From contig NIVC01000414.1 of NCBI GenBank assembly GCA_002269645.1, positions 310,001 to 374,000 of the forward strand: a DNA stretch of 64,000 bases, in the 5' to 3' direction. Positions 36,312 to 50,120 of this stretch are shown one piece after another (within the stretch, counting starts at the first letter, position 1; every line of letters starts with the position of its first letter). Source of the stretch: Macrostomum lignano. Taxonomy: Eukaryota. The notes beneath the pieces were generated by a model, which was given only the letters and a program-made list of their open reading frames with translations, ran no database searches and had not been told where the DNA came from. Both the position numbers and the translations under genes were made by a program.

Positions 36312-38264
36312 GTTATCTCTCCTCCTCTCTCTACTCTCTCCCCTCTCCATTCTCATATTTCCTCTCCTCTCTCCTCACTCACTTCTCTACTTTTGTCTCT
36401 CCTCTCTCCTCTCTCCTCTCGTCTCTGTAACCTCTCCTCTGTTCTCTCTACTCTCCCATCTTTTATCTGTTCACTCTCGTCTCTGCTCTCTCATCCCCCT
36501 CTTTAATCTGGCATCTCTGTCTTATATGTTCTCTCACCTCTCTCCTCTGTACTCTTTTTCTTTCCCCTCTTTTGACTCCTCACTTTCCTTTCTCCTTTCT
36601 TCTTTTCTCTTCTCTTCCCTTTTCTATACTCTGTCTCCCTCTCTTCTCTCACTCCACTCTCCTCTATCCGTTATCTCTCATCTCTCATCTCTCCTTCCAC
36701 CTCTCATCTCTACAACCTTAGAGATGTAGAGATGTATCTTTATCTCTTCTCTCTTCCCTGTACTCTCTCATCTCTTCTTTCACCTGTTTCCTCTCTGCTC
36801 TCCTCTCTGCTGTCTCCTCTCTCCTCTCATCTGCAGCTCTCTGCTCTCTCATCTCTACTCTCTACTCTCGCTTTTCCTCTCTCCCCTCTTCTCTCCCTCT
36901 CTCTCATCGTCATCACCCCCTCATCTCTCCTATTATCTTTTATCTTTTCTTTTATCCCCTCTTTCGCTTCTCTTCTCTTCGAATCGTCTATTCCTTCTTC
37001 TTTCCACTCTCATCTGCCCCTCAGCCATGAGCTGGATTCTTTATCTGGCCTTTGAGGTAAAAGTCTGCCCATCCCTGCTTGGAAAGCCAGTTTGTGAGAC
37101 GTAGTACTCTCATGGTTGTTATCATGCTTTGATCACGTCAGTCATTTTTCTTGCAAATTTGCAGCCCTGAAAGGAATTTGGGTATCTTCAGCTCCACTGC
37201 AGTCTGCATCAGTCTAACAACCAAGGAAATACGCATTTCTTAGAAGGCCATTTAAAATTTACACGGTACCTTTAAACGAAACCTAAAATTTCCATGGTGT
37301 GCCTAATTTAGTAGGATTGTATGTATTTCATTGCATCGCATCGCCTTTTCATAAATCTTTCGCTTTTACAAACCATGCTGGTTAGTGGATTCCCTCGATT
37401 TGCCAATTGCCAATTGCCATCCACTGTTAAACTGCTGCAGAGTTTGCCAATACAGAGAGGAGGGCAGTGGTTAGAATTTCTCACTAAACTGTCATGGCTA
37501 AACGTAGCCTATCCACTCTGGGGGTGCAGAGAAGGCTATTAAAAAGTTATTCCAAAACACTGTACATTCGCTATGTACATTCAGTCCTATTGCCTGACCC
37601 TTCGTCTGGCTCTGGGGAATGAGTGAGTGAGTGGCACAAACAACAGAAAAAGCAGACAAACTTCACATGCTTACAGTTTCTTTTTCGGTTGAGTTACAGA
37701 GTTGAAACTTTACATTTAGATAGAGAATGAGTCAATGAAGAATTGTGTCAAGTTTGAAGTCAATCGCTTTACGTGGAGAAAACTTATGGCAGCTGAAAGT
37801 TAGTCAATTTTGAAACCCTTTTACACATCTGGGCCCAGATCGGGAAGAGAGGCAGGCGGGCGGAGGTTGGGGTGGTTGCTACGCTGAAAAAACAGCCTAA
37901 CTTTAAAAGTGCACAGCGGCTTTCAGGATTAACTTTGAGATTTGAAATTTTACACGATTGTGACAAAATAGTTGAAAATTGCCTGTGTCAAATTTGAAGA
38001 GAATCGGTAGAAGTGGAGCGGCGCTATGGAGGATTAAGTGAAAAAATCGCGCATTTTGAGCAGTTTTTTGTACTTTTAGGTAGGAAGACTTGAGTTTAGG
38101 AAATTAAAAGGTAGCCTAAGACATTCTCCGTAGTGAGTTTAGGGTGGGTGTAAAGTTTGGTGTAATTTGGTTGAGTGGTTTGGGAGTCCATAGCGATCAA
38201 AATTGTCCACACACAGACAGACAGACAGACAGACAGACAGAGTTTTGATTTTTATAGTTAGAGA
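35529..38264 (-). mobile_element. Non-autonomous Helitron, left copy of a head-to-tail tandem
   Basis: 5' TC followed by TCTAACTATAAAAATC and a (ctgt)n tract; 3' ccgcggg...aacagCTTG|T; CT-rich low-complexity body. Confidence 0.8.
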
Positions 38265-39204
38265 CAAGCTGTTGAAACCCGCGGATTTTGAACCCGGGGA
38301 ATTCCAATCCCCAGAACTACTTTTGCATGTATTCTGAAATCTAAGACCATACACAAACAAATTAATGTTAGTAGGATAGAGGTAGACATAAAATGGAGCA
38401 CATTCGTGTAAAATTAGAGTTTGAGGCAAACTTTGATATTGTTTGCTGGGGTACTCCACAGAATGCCAGGCAATGTCTGTCTCTGACTCTAAAACATGTA
38501 TTGGCAAACTCTGGCCTCTCCCTGACTCTCCTATGTCCCTTGGATCCTTTAAAATTTCTATCGTCTCTCTGTTTCCTTTCTTCTCTCTCATTCCTTGTCT
38601 CTCGTCTCTCCTCTCTCTTCTCTCCTCTCTTCTCTCGTATCTTCCCTCATCACTCCTCTCTGATCATCTCTCTTATCTCATCTCTTCCCTATTCTTTTCT
38701 CTCTCCTCTCCTCTCTCCTTTCTACTTTTCGTTTTCTCTCTGCTCTCCTCTCTCCTCTCTACTCTTTCGTTTTCTCTCTCCTCTCCTCTCTCCTCTCTCC
38801 CATCTTCTTTCGTATATTACCTCATCTTTCTTCTCTTTCATATCTCTTATCTCATCTCTTCCCTCTTCTTTTCTCTCTCCTCTCCTCTCTCCTCTCTCCC
38901 CTCTTCTCTCGTCTCTTCCTTGTCCTCTCTATTCTTTTCTCTCTTCTCTTAACTCTCTCCTCTACTCTCTCATCTCTCCTCTCTACTTTTTCCTCTCTCT
39001 CTCATCTCTACTCTCTTCTCTCGTCTCTTCCCTCACCTCTTTCCTCTCTCTCTTTCCTCTCATCTCTTTTCTTGTTTTATCTCTTCTCTCTCCCTCGTCG
39101 CTCGTCTCTTCCCTCACCTCTCTTCTCTCTCGTCCGCTCTTTCATCTCTCCTTTCTCTTGTTTTATCTTTTCTCTCTTATCTCTTCTCGTTACTCTCTGC
39201 TCTG

Positions 39205-39252
<48 letters not shown>

Positions 39253-42200
39253 TCTCCCATCTCTCTTCTCTCTACTCTCTTCCCTCTTCATTCTCCTATT
39301 TCCTCTTCTCTCTCCCTGTCTCTCCTCCCTCCTCTAGTCTCTGTAATCTTTTCTCTCTTATCTCTCCTCTGTTCTCTCTACTCTCCCATCTCTCGTCTGT
39401 TCATCTGCTCTCTCATCTGTCATCTTTACTCTCTTATACGTTCTCTCACTTATCTCCTCTGTACTCTTCTCTTTCACCTCTTCTGACTCCTCTCTTTCCT
39501 TACTCCTTTCTTCTTTTCTCTTCCCTCTTCTATACTCTCTCTCCTCTATTATCTTCTCTTATCTCTCTGCACTCTCCTCTCACCTTTTTCTCTCGTCTCT
39601 TCTTTCATCTGTCTCATCTCTACAATCTCATCTCTTTCCTCTCTCCTCCTCTTTCCTTTACTCTCTCATCTCTCCTTTCTTCCCTCTTCTTTCACCACTC
39701 TCTTATCTCTATCTCTTCTCTTCTCACTCCTCTATCCCCCTCTTATCTCCTCTCTTCTCTATCCTTTCTACTCTCTCCTCTCTAATCTCTCCTCTCCTCT
39801 CGACCCTCTGTCATCTTTTTTCTGCTTTCTCATCTCTACTCTCTTCTCAATCTTCTCTACTCTACTCTCTCATCGATCCTCTGTCTCATCTCTCCCCTCT
39901 TCTCACCTTTACTCTTTCCTCTCCTTCCTTTCTCCCCTCCTCTCGCTTCTTCCTCCCTTCTTCTCTGCTCTCTCCTCACCACTTTTCCTTTTCACTCTCA
40001 TCTGGCCCGCAGCCATGAGCTGGATTCTTTATCTGGCCTTTGAGATAAAAATCTGCCAATCCCTGCTTCGAAAGTACTATCATGGTTGTTATCATTTCTC
40101 ATGCTTTAATCACGTCATTTTTCTGGCCAATTAGCAGCCCTGAGAGGAATTTGTGTATCTCCATTCTCCAGCTCCACCACCACAGTCTGCAGCAGTCTAA
40201 CAACCAAGGAAATACGCATTTCTTAGGAGGCCATTTAAATTTTAAAGTTACCTTATGCGAATCTTAATGTTAAAATTTTCATGGTGTAACTAATTTAGTA
40301 GGATTGCATTGTAATCAGTTATTCATTCATTTTTCGCTATTTTTATAAACCATCCCATATCGCCTTGATTTGCCATCCCTATTTAACTGCTGCGACTTGT
40401 CTATACAGAGGACAGTAGTTTGAATCTCTCGCTAAACTCTCTCCTCTCTACGCCTCTCCACTCGCGGGGTACAGAGAAAGCTATTAAAAAGTTATTCCAA
40501 AACACTGTACATTCGCAATGTACATTGAGCCCTATCGCCTGATCCTTCGCCTGGGGGAATGAGTTGGATGAGCGGCAAACAACAGAAAAAGCAGACAAAC
40601 TTCACATGCTTACAGTTTCTTTTTCGGTTGAGTTACAGAGTTAAAACTTTACATTTAGATAGAGAATGGGTCAATGAAGAATTGTGTCAAGTTTGAAGTC
40701 AATCGCTTTACGTGGAGCAAACTTATGGCAGCTGAAAGTTATTCAATTTTGAAACCCTTTTACTCTCCCATCTTTTATCTGTTCACTCTCGTCTCTGCTC
40801 TCTCATCCCCCTCTTTAATCTGGCATCTCTGTCTTATATGTTCTCTCACCTCTCTCCTCTGTACTCTTTTCTTTCCCCTCTTTTGACTCCTCACTTTCCT
40901 TTCTCCTTTCTTCTTTTCTCTTCTCTTCCCTTTTCTATACTCTGTCTCCCTCTCTTCTCTCACTCCACTTTCCTCTCTCCGTTATCTCTCATCTCTCATT
41001 TCTCATCTCTCCTTCCACCTCTCTCATCTCTACAACCTTAGAGATGTAGAGATGTATCTTTATCTCTTCTCTCTTCCCTTTACTCTCTCATCTCTTCTTT
41101 CACCTGTTTCCTCTCTGCTCTTCTCTCTGCTGTCTCCTCTCTCCTCTCATCTGCAGCTCTCTGCTCTCTCATCTCTACTCTCTCCTCTTGCTTTTCCTCT
41201 CTCTCCTCTTGCTTTTCCTCTCTCCCCTCTTCTCTCCCTCTCTCTCATCGTCCTCACCCCCTCATCTCTCCTTTTATCTTTTCTTTTATCCCCTCTGTCG
41301 CCTCTCCTCTCTTTGAATCGTCTATTCCTTATTCTTTCCACTTTCATCTGCCCCTCAGCTATGAGCTGGATTCTTTATCTGGCCTTTGAGGTAAAAGTCT
41401 GCCCATCCCTGCTTGGAAAGCCAGTTTGTGGGACGTAGTACTCTCATGGTTGTTCTCATGCTTTGATCACGTCATCTTTCTTGCCAATTTGTAGGCTGCA
41501 GCCCTGAAAGGAATTTGTGTATCTTCAGCTCCACTGCAGTCTGCATCAGTCTAACAACCAAGGAAATACGCATTTCTTAGAAGGCCATTTAATATTTACA
41601 CAGTACAGTACCTTTGAAAGAAACCTAAAATTTCCATGGTGTGCCTAATTTAGTAGGGTTGTATTGCATTGCATGGCATCGCCTTTTCATAAATCTTTCG
41701 CTTTTACAAACCATGCTGGATAGTGGTATTAGTGAATTCCCTCGATTTGCCAATTGCCAATTGCCATCCACTGTTAAACTGCTGCAGAGTTTGCCAATAC
41801 AGAGGGGAGGGCAGTGGTTAGAATTTCTCACTAAACTGTTATGGCTAAATGTAGCCTCTCCACTCTCGGGGTGGAATTCCAAAACACTGTACATTTGCTA
41901 TGTACATTCAGCCCTATCGCCTGACCCTTCGTCTGGCTCTGGGGGAATGAGTGAGAGGCACAAACAACAGAAAAAGCAGACAAACTTCACATGCTTACAG
42001 TTTCCGTCCTGATTGAGATACAGAGTTGAGACTTTACATTTAGACAGAGAATAAGTTAATGAAGAATTGTGTCAAATTTGAAGTTAATCGCTTCACGTGA
42101 AGCAAACTTATGGCAGCCCAAAGTTAGTCATTTAAAAACCTATTTGCACCCTTTGCCCAGATCGGGAAAGAGAGGCAGGCGGGTGGAGGTTGGGGTGGTT

Positions 42201-42583
42201 GCTACGCTGAAAAAAACAGCCTAATTTTAAAAGTGCACAGCACCGCTCAGAATTAACTTTGAGACTCGAAATTTTACATGATTGTGCCAAAATATTTTAA
42301 GATTATCTGTGTCAAATTTGAAGAGAATCGGTAGAAGTGGAGCGGCGCTATGGAGGATTTAGTGAAAAAAATGCGCATTTTGAGCAGTTTTTTGCACTTT
42401 TAGGTAGGAAGACTCAAATTTAGGAAATAAAAGGTAGCCTAAGACATTCTCCGTAGTAAGTTTATGGTGGGTGTAAAGTTTGGTGTAATTTGGTTGAGCG
42501 GTTTGGGAGTCCATAGCGATCAAAATTGTCCACACACAGACAGACACACACACACACAGAGTTTTGATTTTTATATGTAGAGA
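38265..42583 (-). mobile_element. Non-autonomous Helitron, right copy with an internal duplication (junction about 40761)
   Basis: 5' A|TCTCTACATATAAAAATC at 42583; 3' CTTG joined directly to the TC of the left copy; internal segments repeated. Confidence 0.8.
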
Positions 42584-43109
42584 TTGGACCTTTTATGTTA
42601 TATTTCAAATAAAATATACAATATTTCAATAAATGACATTTCATTACAATAAGTGGCAAAGACCAAGAATACTTGATTCTAAGGCCTAATCTTACAATTT
42701 GTTAGTTGAAAAGAAGCAATGTTTTAGACAAAGTAAAGATTTCAAAAGGGGTAAAAAGGAATAAATAACACCAGGTAAGCATTTAATATTAATCTAAGAA
42801 ATTATATAGTATTATTAACATTTTAAAAATAATAGTAATAATAAGTCCCCAAGCTGTCCAAGCATGTCTACATTTAAGATGAGAGTAAGATCTAGTTATT
42901 TAAGAAAATAGCAAGTTTTCTTTCTAAAATAACAAAATTATATATACATTAAATATTATTAATAGCAGATTGAGTTTAGATATATGCTTATCAGTAGTAT
43001 ATAGGCAATAGCATGTGGTGATTTTTGGGTATAAGGCCCATAGGGATTGCTCATTTTTATTTATTCCTTTGGACTCATTTTCTCTATTTTTAGCTTAATT
43101 CTTTCACTT

Positions 43110-44030
43110 ATTGCCTATTGATTCATTTTGTGCCTGTGCAAAGGATAGGGGCCTTGGTATTGACTGTTTTGAATTGCTTATACCCTTTTACGAATGGCAA
43201 AATCTGGTGAGCTTCAGAGGTACCAGACACTTTAGTTCATGACTTGTCCCTACTAGCTGCCACTTGCAAGCAATATCAACTTAAAGGAGTGCAGATTAAT
43301 TTTTACAATTATAGATTTCAATATTATCTGTTCTGAAAAAATAAGCTGACAGACAACCTTGATGGTTTTTGCTTGGGCGAGGCAGCGGATGTTCCTTAGG
43401 TTTGTGCTTGGGTGATTGACAGTTTATCCCTACTAATAGGAGAAATGTATATTAAATGCTTAAAGATCCAGTAGAATGTTTAGCCTATTGCAACTAGAGC
43501 ATCTAGAGGTAGAAGGCAAGTGTTTGTGTGATGCCAGTTGTAGGCAAATTGAAGGGCTTAGACATATTTTGTAGCAATGTAATACGCCTTGGGATAAGAG
43601 AGAGGCTAAGAATGATAGAGTTGTTGATTTTGTTGGGAATCAGTTAGAAGGGCTAGAGTATAGTGTGCTTAGAGAGAAATTGTTTGCAACCCCTAGGGGG
43701 CATAGATGGCCTGATTTAATAATACTTACTAAAGACAAAGTTTGGATTATTGATGTCACAATCTGTGTAGATAGAGGTGTAGGGCCTACAGGTCTCACAA
43801 TGGACAACAAGGTTAAACACTATTCTGATGAGACTTGCGATGGAGGTTATAAAAGTAGTAGGCTCTGGTGCCCAGAGCATTGTTGGTTTGGTTTAGAACT
43901 AGAGAGGCTGTTATAAAAAGAAGACTGATGAATGGTTATGGAAGATGGGTGTTCCAATTGAGTTGAAAGGAGGCTGGCTATGGTCAGACTGCTAGAGGGC
44001 TAAGTCTGGTATATGGAATTTTTGTAAAAG
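43110..44030 (+). mobile_element. Decayed 3' fragment of an R2-like (RLE clade) non-LTR retrotransposon: RT thumb, CCHC knuckle and restriction-like endonuclease
   Basis: Broken frames read KDRGLGI..LLIPFLR, W...LL.GEMYI.CLKI, ATRASRGR, C..C...E.L.HIL.QC and RWPDLII...VWIIDVTI...K.KHY; contains stops and frameshifts. Confidence 0.85.
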
Positions 44031-46191
44031 AACAGGAATTAATTTTGTGCAAGTCAATAGTTGTAGTTGGAATTATGGTTATATGTTATTGGTGGCTCTA
44101 GTGTTTGGTAACATCTAGACCAGTTTCAGGAATCCACCTGGCAATCCCAGCTGGTCACCATGTTAATTATGTTGCTCTATTTAAAGAGTTGGCTGACCTG
44201 ACAACCTGGATGGGGGGTTGTACCAGTTTTGCAGCAGTTTCCATGCCATAAAATCAGCTAATATGCCACTTGGATGGTGGGCCAATATAGGCCCAAGCAT
44301 TATTAGCCCAATGTTTCTTTGTGAAACCTAGGATACCATTTCAAATCTAAGAGTAGACCAGCTGGTCTGCTTTGTGATACAATATATGCCATAGCCAATC
44401 ATTACATTATTAGACCCAACAACTAAAAAATCATGCTAATTTTAGACTTTAATACCAGTGGTTTTTTTACTTTTTTATCTATAGGTAATGTCAATGTTGC
44501 TGCTGCTACTACTGTGGCAATTATAAACTTTGTAATGATGGATCAAACTTTTTTTTCATATTGAAATCAAAATCAAAATTTTTTGAGCTTAACAAATTTT
44601 CACCTTTTACTAATCATGCAAAAAAGGTTAATATCTTGCATCTGTATGTATGAGATTACATGTTTTTATAGAATATATTTAATGTTTAAGCCAGAATACT
44701 TTAAATTTAATTTACTTAAAAATTATGTAATAGAAAATGCAAGTATATTATTTATTATACACTATTATATATTATATCTATTATATAATAGAAGTTGTAT
44801 TATTTATACTTCATTGCTGTTTAAGCTAAAGATCTAGATATATCCATTTCATTAAGGCTTCAAGTCTTTAGCCAATTAAAATCCACGCTGATAAGTTCAG
44901 CCAATGGGCTTGTGGAGGTTGAGGTGGATGCAGCACAAGGCCTGGAACAATGTGTACCTGCCCAATCTTTTGTTATAGAAAAGGCAATTCTTGCCTTCCT
45001 GCTAGGTCTTTGAACCGTGCTTCCTTTCACTTCCTATAGGCTTTTTTACTCATTTAGCATGATCATTGATGTCTAAATTGTTAAAATATAACCAAAATTT
45101 TGAAATGATTTTTGTCAAAAAAATTGTCAAAACTTTGTTAGCTAAATTCTTAACATGCCTAACAAATGTAATATTAGTTATTAGTTTCTTGGCTAATCTT
45201 TATAACATTATACTTATTTATAATTTTCCAAGACTTTCTGACTATTATGTGAAAATCATATGGTAAGGCTATGTCTTAGTGGCAAAGATAAAAACAAGCC
45301 ATCAAATAGTGACATGCTATTGCATCTCAAGAATTACCACAGAGTAAAACATTGAGCATGAGAAGCTTGATGAAAAGGTGTAGCAGCAAAAGAAAAAGAC
45401 TATTAATGCACCAATGCTAAGAAAAATAAAAAATTTCTTATATTAAATAAGGTATGTCTTGCCATATAGCTATCAAAGACTTAGACAATCTATATTTATG
45501 GACACCTACTATAAAGACAATTTTTATATATCAGCTAAAATGGCTGCTTATCTATAGGTACCAATGGTTCAATAACTTATTAAAAGTACATAAAACAGGC
45601 ATAAATATGCTTAATTAGCAATGCAATTAAGGTATATTCTTCTTGTGGCTACTTATAATGCAGATTATAAATATCTCTTTAATGTTAAGGGACTGATCAT
45701 GACTGAGAAGAGGAATTGGCTTTCAACTAAAATTAGGCCTACACAACGAAGCTTGTTGTTTACCAAAGCTAATTGGATCTTGAAGCCTTAAATAATCCCT
45801 ATGCTTAATGTCAATGAATAATAATAAATATTATAATTGCAAATAGGCCCATATTTCAAATGAAAATCAATGAAAAATAAACTATAACTCAATTACAAGA
45901 TTGATTGGTTTATTGTCATTAAAATTTTTATTGGAATATGTTTCATTACATAAGATCCAAATTTTAATTATATACAAATTTATATATAACAAATAGAACT
46001 CTTCTTTTGAAAGAGAAAGGGGGGAAACTCTCATCACACAAATTTGATTCCCTAAAATCTATCAGCTAAAATTCTATATCTTGAACCACATCTTCTAAAT
46101 TGTCTCGAAATCCTTTACAAAGCCTTTCAAATAGGCCCTATCATATTTTCCTTGTTTGCAAAAACTGAATATTATTGTCTAGACTTAGGTT

Positions 46192-46378
46192 TAGTGGCAT
46201 AGGGAGGGGGGAGATAATGGGGAAGTATCCCCCTGGAGAGCCTGACCAAAACTTTTATGTTGCCCTTTTTTTCTAAAAATGCTACCATGTGAGCATTATT
46301 ACATTGGTATATCTCCCTGTAGAAAATTCAGCTTTGTGTAGGCCTATCCCCCATAGGAAATTCCTTGCTATGCCCCTG
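46192..46378. mobile_element. Short MITE relic with degenerate CAG(G/T)GGC(G/A)TAG-type TIRs
   Basis: Left tagtggcatagg; right gctatgcccctg (reverse complement caggggcatagc). Confidence 0.5.
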
Positions 46379-48601
46379 AATAAGCTCTGCTATCTTTTCT
46401 CTCCTCATTGCTCTTTCATCTCTCCTCTATCATCTCTTATTGTCATCTGTGCACTCCTCTCTTATAGTTATACTATTATTTTACTACTTTCTTTCCATTC
46501 TTATATTAATCTCTCTCCCTTCTCCTTTCACTTGACTTTTTCTCTCCTCTTATCTTTATTCCTTTACTTATTTCTTCTCCTTCCTCTATTGTTTCTATTT
46601 GTTCTTGTCTCCTCTGTCATCTATTATTTTTTCTATAGGCCCTAGGCCTATGATTTTATCTCTCTTTTCTTGTCTCTTCTCTAATCTCTCCTGTCTCTTC
46701 TCTGTTGTCACCTTCCCTTTCATTTCCTCTCTCTTCCTCTCTTCTCTCTCCCTATTCATTCTTGCCTTAAACCCTTTTCTTTTTTATCTATCATTTCTAA
46801 TCTCTCCTTTCTCAAATCTAATCTATTTTTTTCTATTTTTTTTCTTAAATCTAATCTATTTTTTTCTATCATATATTCTTTTTTCTCTTTTCACTCTTTT
46901 CTTTACTCTCTTCTTTGACTTACTAAAAGTGCCAAATTTATTAAAATCCTTTTTGTGAAACAGAGACTCATCAAAATCCTTTCTCTCTGTGAAAAAGAAC
47001 TCTATCAAATCCAAATTTTCTTTTCAAGAGACTGAAGTTTTTTTAAAATCCAATTTGATAAACTACAATCTAAATTTCTGTTGTCATATTTTAAGCAAAC
47101 AACTTATATCCTCAAAATCAGTGTTGCAAGATCTTTCCAGCAATATAAGTCTGTCTCTCACAAAGTTTACAACTTAAGGAACAGTAAAAAACAATTGAAT
47201 CTCCACATAGTCCTATCTTAGTATCTATCTGGTAAGAGCAGACTTAGGGCCTAGTAAATCAACAAGTTAGCAGTTTTAAAATGAGAATAAGAAAGCTAAG
47301 AATATTGTAAATAAACATTGTAAGGATTTGGAAAAGGCGGCGCTTCAGCTTCAACGTGTTCCTGCCTTCATGGTAGCTTTCCTGCTAAATAAAAACATAG
47401 GCCTAGTCTAAAGACTAAACTTAGACTAAAGATCAAAATCCTAAAAAGTTAGTGAATAAAATTGAAGTGGCTCAGACTAGTCAGCTGTAATCTGTATGTT
47501 TGTTTCGCCAATACGAGAAAAACTCTTTTGTTTACTAAAATCTTTGGGCCTTTTCATATTACTTGCTCTGGTTCCATAACCAGAACCAATTTGTGAAGTA
47601 TAACTTTTTGTCTCCATAACTAGAGGGAGATACATGCTATAAAGTTTTTATTATTGAATGACAATCGCCAAGAATAAAGTGAAAAATTGTGCTAAGTTAG
47701 GTTGTTAAGGCAGTCAAATATTAACAGAGTTTAATAGTTATACTGCTGTTTTTTGGAATTCCGAACCGATTCTGGTTCTGGAATTGGTAATATGAAAAGG
47801 CCCTTTGTTGTCGGAACAAACTTTTTCTAAGAAATTGTTAAACTTGATTTTCCGCGTATTTAAATAGTCGTAATGCCAAGACCAAAATTAAAAATGAGAA
47901 AAATATACCTGATAGTGCCACCAATTTGGTTGGCATGAACTACATTAATCCCAGGAGTAATGTAAATTCCAAGCAGTCAGTTAAAGTAAAATCTAGAACT
48001 GGTCTAACAGGGGGTGTTGATGCGTGCGCTCAACCTCGTGTACCCGTAGTTGTCATAATTATCATAATAAAAGGCTGCATACAAATAGCACCCTGTATAC
48101 CACTTTTTTAGTATATAGAGTTATAATGGTTTTTTATTATTTTATAATTGTACCTCAATAATACTTTACTTTTTTGTTTTATTGCCCTATTTTCTTAGTA
48201 AATGTAAATTTTTTTTGTTTGTATTTGTCTTTGTATCATGTATGAGTCGATGAGTGTGCTTTTGTTACTGATGTCTGTGTAAATGTGTTAATTTTATTGC
48301 AATGTAGGTGGGCCTATATGTCGTATCTTGATGTTATACAATTGCACTTGTTTCGCATTCTAAAACTCTCAGTGCAGTTTTTTCTAGCCCAATTTTTTAT
48401 AACATGTCTTTACTCTTAATATTAACTAAGTTAAGAAACAAAATGTCATTATCTGTAATTTTTAATGATTTAAAGAGATAAAAGTTTTTTAACCAATTTA
48501 AGTTTCTAATTTCTATTTACTGGAAACAATACATTTTGAAAATGCCAGTCATTATAAATATTATAAATATACTTGGCTAGGTCTAATATTTTAGTAATAA
48601 C

Positions 48602-49211
48602 ATTGGTCTACTAAACTGTGGAAACGGATGCAGATATGGAATTGATTTGCATACTAAAATGCAGATACAGATGTGGATTACTATTTTGTGGAATCAATGT
48701 GGATATAAATAGCAGATGCAGAAAATCTCCAGATTTAGGCCCCTAGTTCTATTAACATTGATTCATATATTTTGCTTTATTTTCATTTCTGTTGACTTTC
48801 AAATAAATTGCTCTCATCTCATTCAAATTTATTTTGAATATAATAAATGATAGAATGATAGATGATATTGATATGATATGATAGAAAATCATACACTTTC
48901 TCTGTTTTCAAAAATGATAGTGGAAAAAAAGAAATTTGATTAGGTCTTTTTTGTTACTATAGTTATATGTGAATAGAGATAACAATTTTTATTACTTTTG
49001 AACAAAAAATTATCTAAAAATAAACAGAATTATAAATAAAGCAGAATATAGTTTATCAATGTTTTGACAACTAAATCTAGATATTTTTTGCATTTGCTAT
49101 TTTATTTATATCTGCATTGATTCTACAAAATAGTAATCCGCATTCGTATCTGCATTTTAGTATGCAAATCTATTCTATATCTGCATCTGTTTCCGCAGTT
49201 TAGTAGGTACC
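48602..49211. mobile_element. Foldback/MULE-like MITE with about 120-bp TIRs and a candidate 10-bp TSD
   Basis: 48608-48730 is the reverse complement of about 49080-49206; an inner inverted pair lies at about 48752-48790 and 49030-49064; tagtaataac occurs at 48592 and 49212. Confidence 0.8.
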
Positions 49212-49769
49212 TAGTAATAACTTAGTCTTTTAAGTTTTATTAGATATTATTTGCTTTTGCTAATTGCTAGTATTATAGCACCCAGTAAAATGTGGAATCT
49301 ATAGTGGAATGATAAAATAAGGAATGAGCAATGGAAATCCACTAACTTTATCTAAATGCTTATGTGATGAAAATGTAGCTAAGCCTAAAGTACATTATAA
49401 TCAGTTATATATTAATCTTTTAATAATAGGCCCCTAAAGCCTTCAAAAAATTACTAAACTACTACTACTAGAGAAAAAATTATGATAATATAATGTTGTA
49501 AGGGTTGTCTAACTTATTCTAAATATGTTACTGCAATCACCAAGTACAAGTTTTTGTAGTGTTTCTTTGTTATTCTTATATCTTTCCTATCGTACATACA
49601 TACGCAACTGCTGGTCAAGCTAGCTGATCCAACCACTGTAAATAGTAGTGGACCAGGGTAAGTCACAGAATAAAGTTGACCAAAAACAAAAAAAGCTAAG
49701 AAAAGGCAAAAGGAAAGAGCAATGCAGGGAAGTAAAATAGTGAAGCAAAAGAAAAACAAGTTGCAACAG

Positions 49770-50120
49770 AAGCAAATTAAGTTGCACAAATGATTAGGTA
49801 AGTCGCAAAAGGAGCAAATAAGTTGCAAAAAGATTAGGTAAGTTGCAAAAGGGTTATGTAAGTCACAAAAGGGTTATGTAAGCCCAAAAAGATTAGGTAA
49901 GTTGCAAAAATGATTGGGTAAGTTGTAAAAGAATTAGATAAGTCACAAAAAGGTTAGGTCAAGTTGCAAAAAGATTAGGTAAGTTGCAAAAGGAGCAACT
50001 AAGTTGCAAAAGGAGCAACTAAGTTGCAAAAAGGATTAGGTCAAGTTGCAAAAGGATTAGGTAAGTTGCAAAAAGGATTAGGTCAAGTCCCAAAAGGATT
50101 ATGTAGGTTGCAAAAAGGAT
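49770..50120. repeat. Degenerate 19-21-bp tandem repeat (gattaggtaagttgcaaaaa)
   Basis: Visible periodicity. Confidence 0.85.

Noticed and set aside
35664-41438. Long Leu/Ser/Phe-rich 'membrane protein' ORFs
   Set aside because: CT-rich low-complexity interior of the Helitron copies; CT-only sequence cannot encode stops.
47325-47372. Possible 48-nt + strand micro-exon (DLEKAALQLQRVPAFM)
   Set aside because: Weak acceptor and no partner exons on that strand; cannot be supported.
48008-48096. Tc1/mariner-like mini element (cagggggtg...caccctgta)
   Set aside because: TIR match too short and the left TA TSD is absent.
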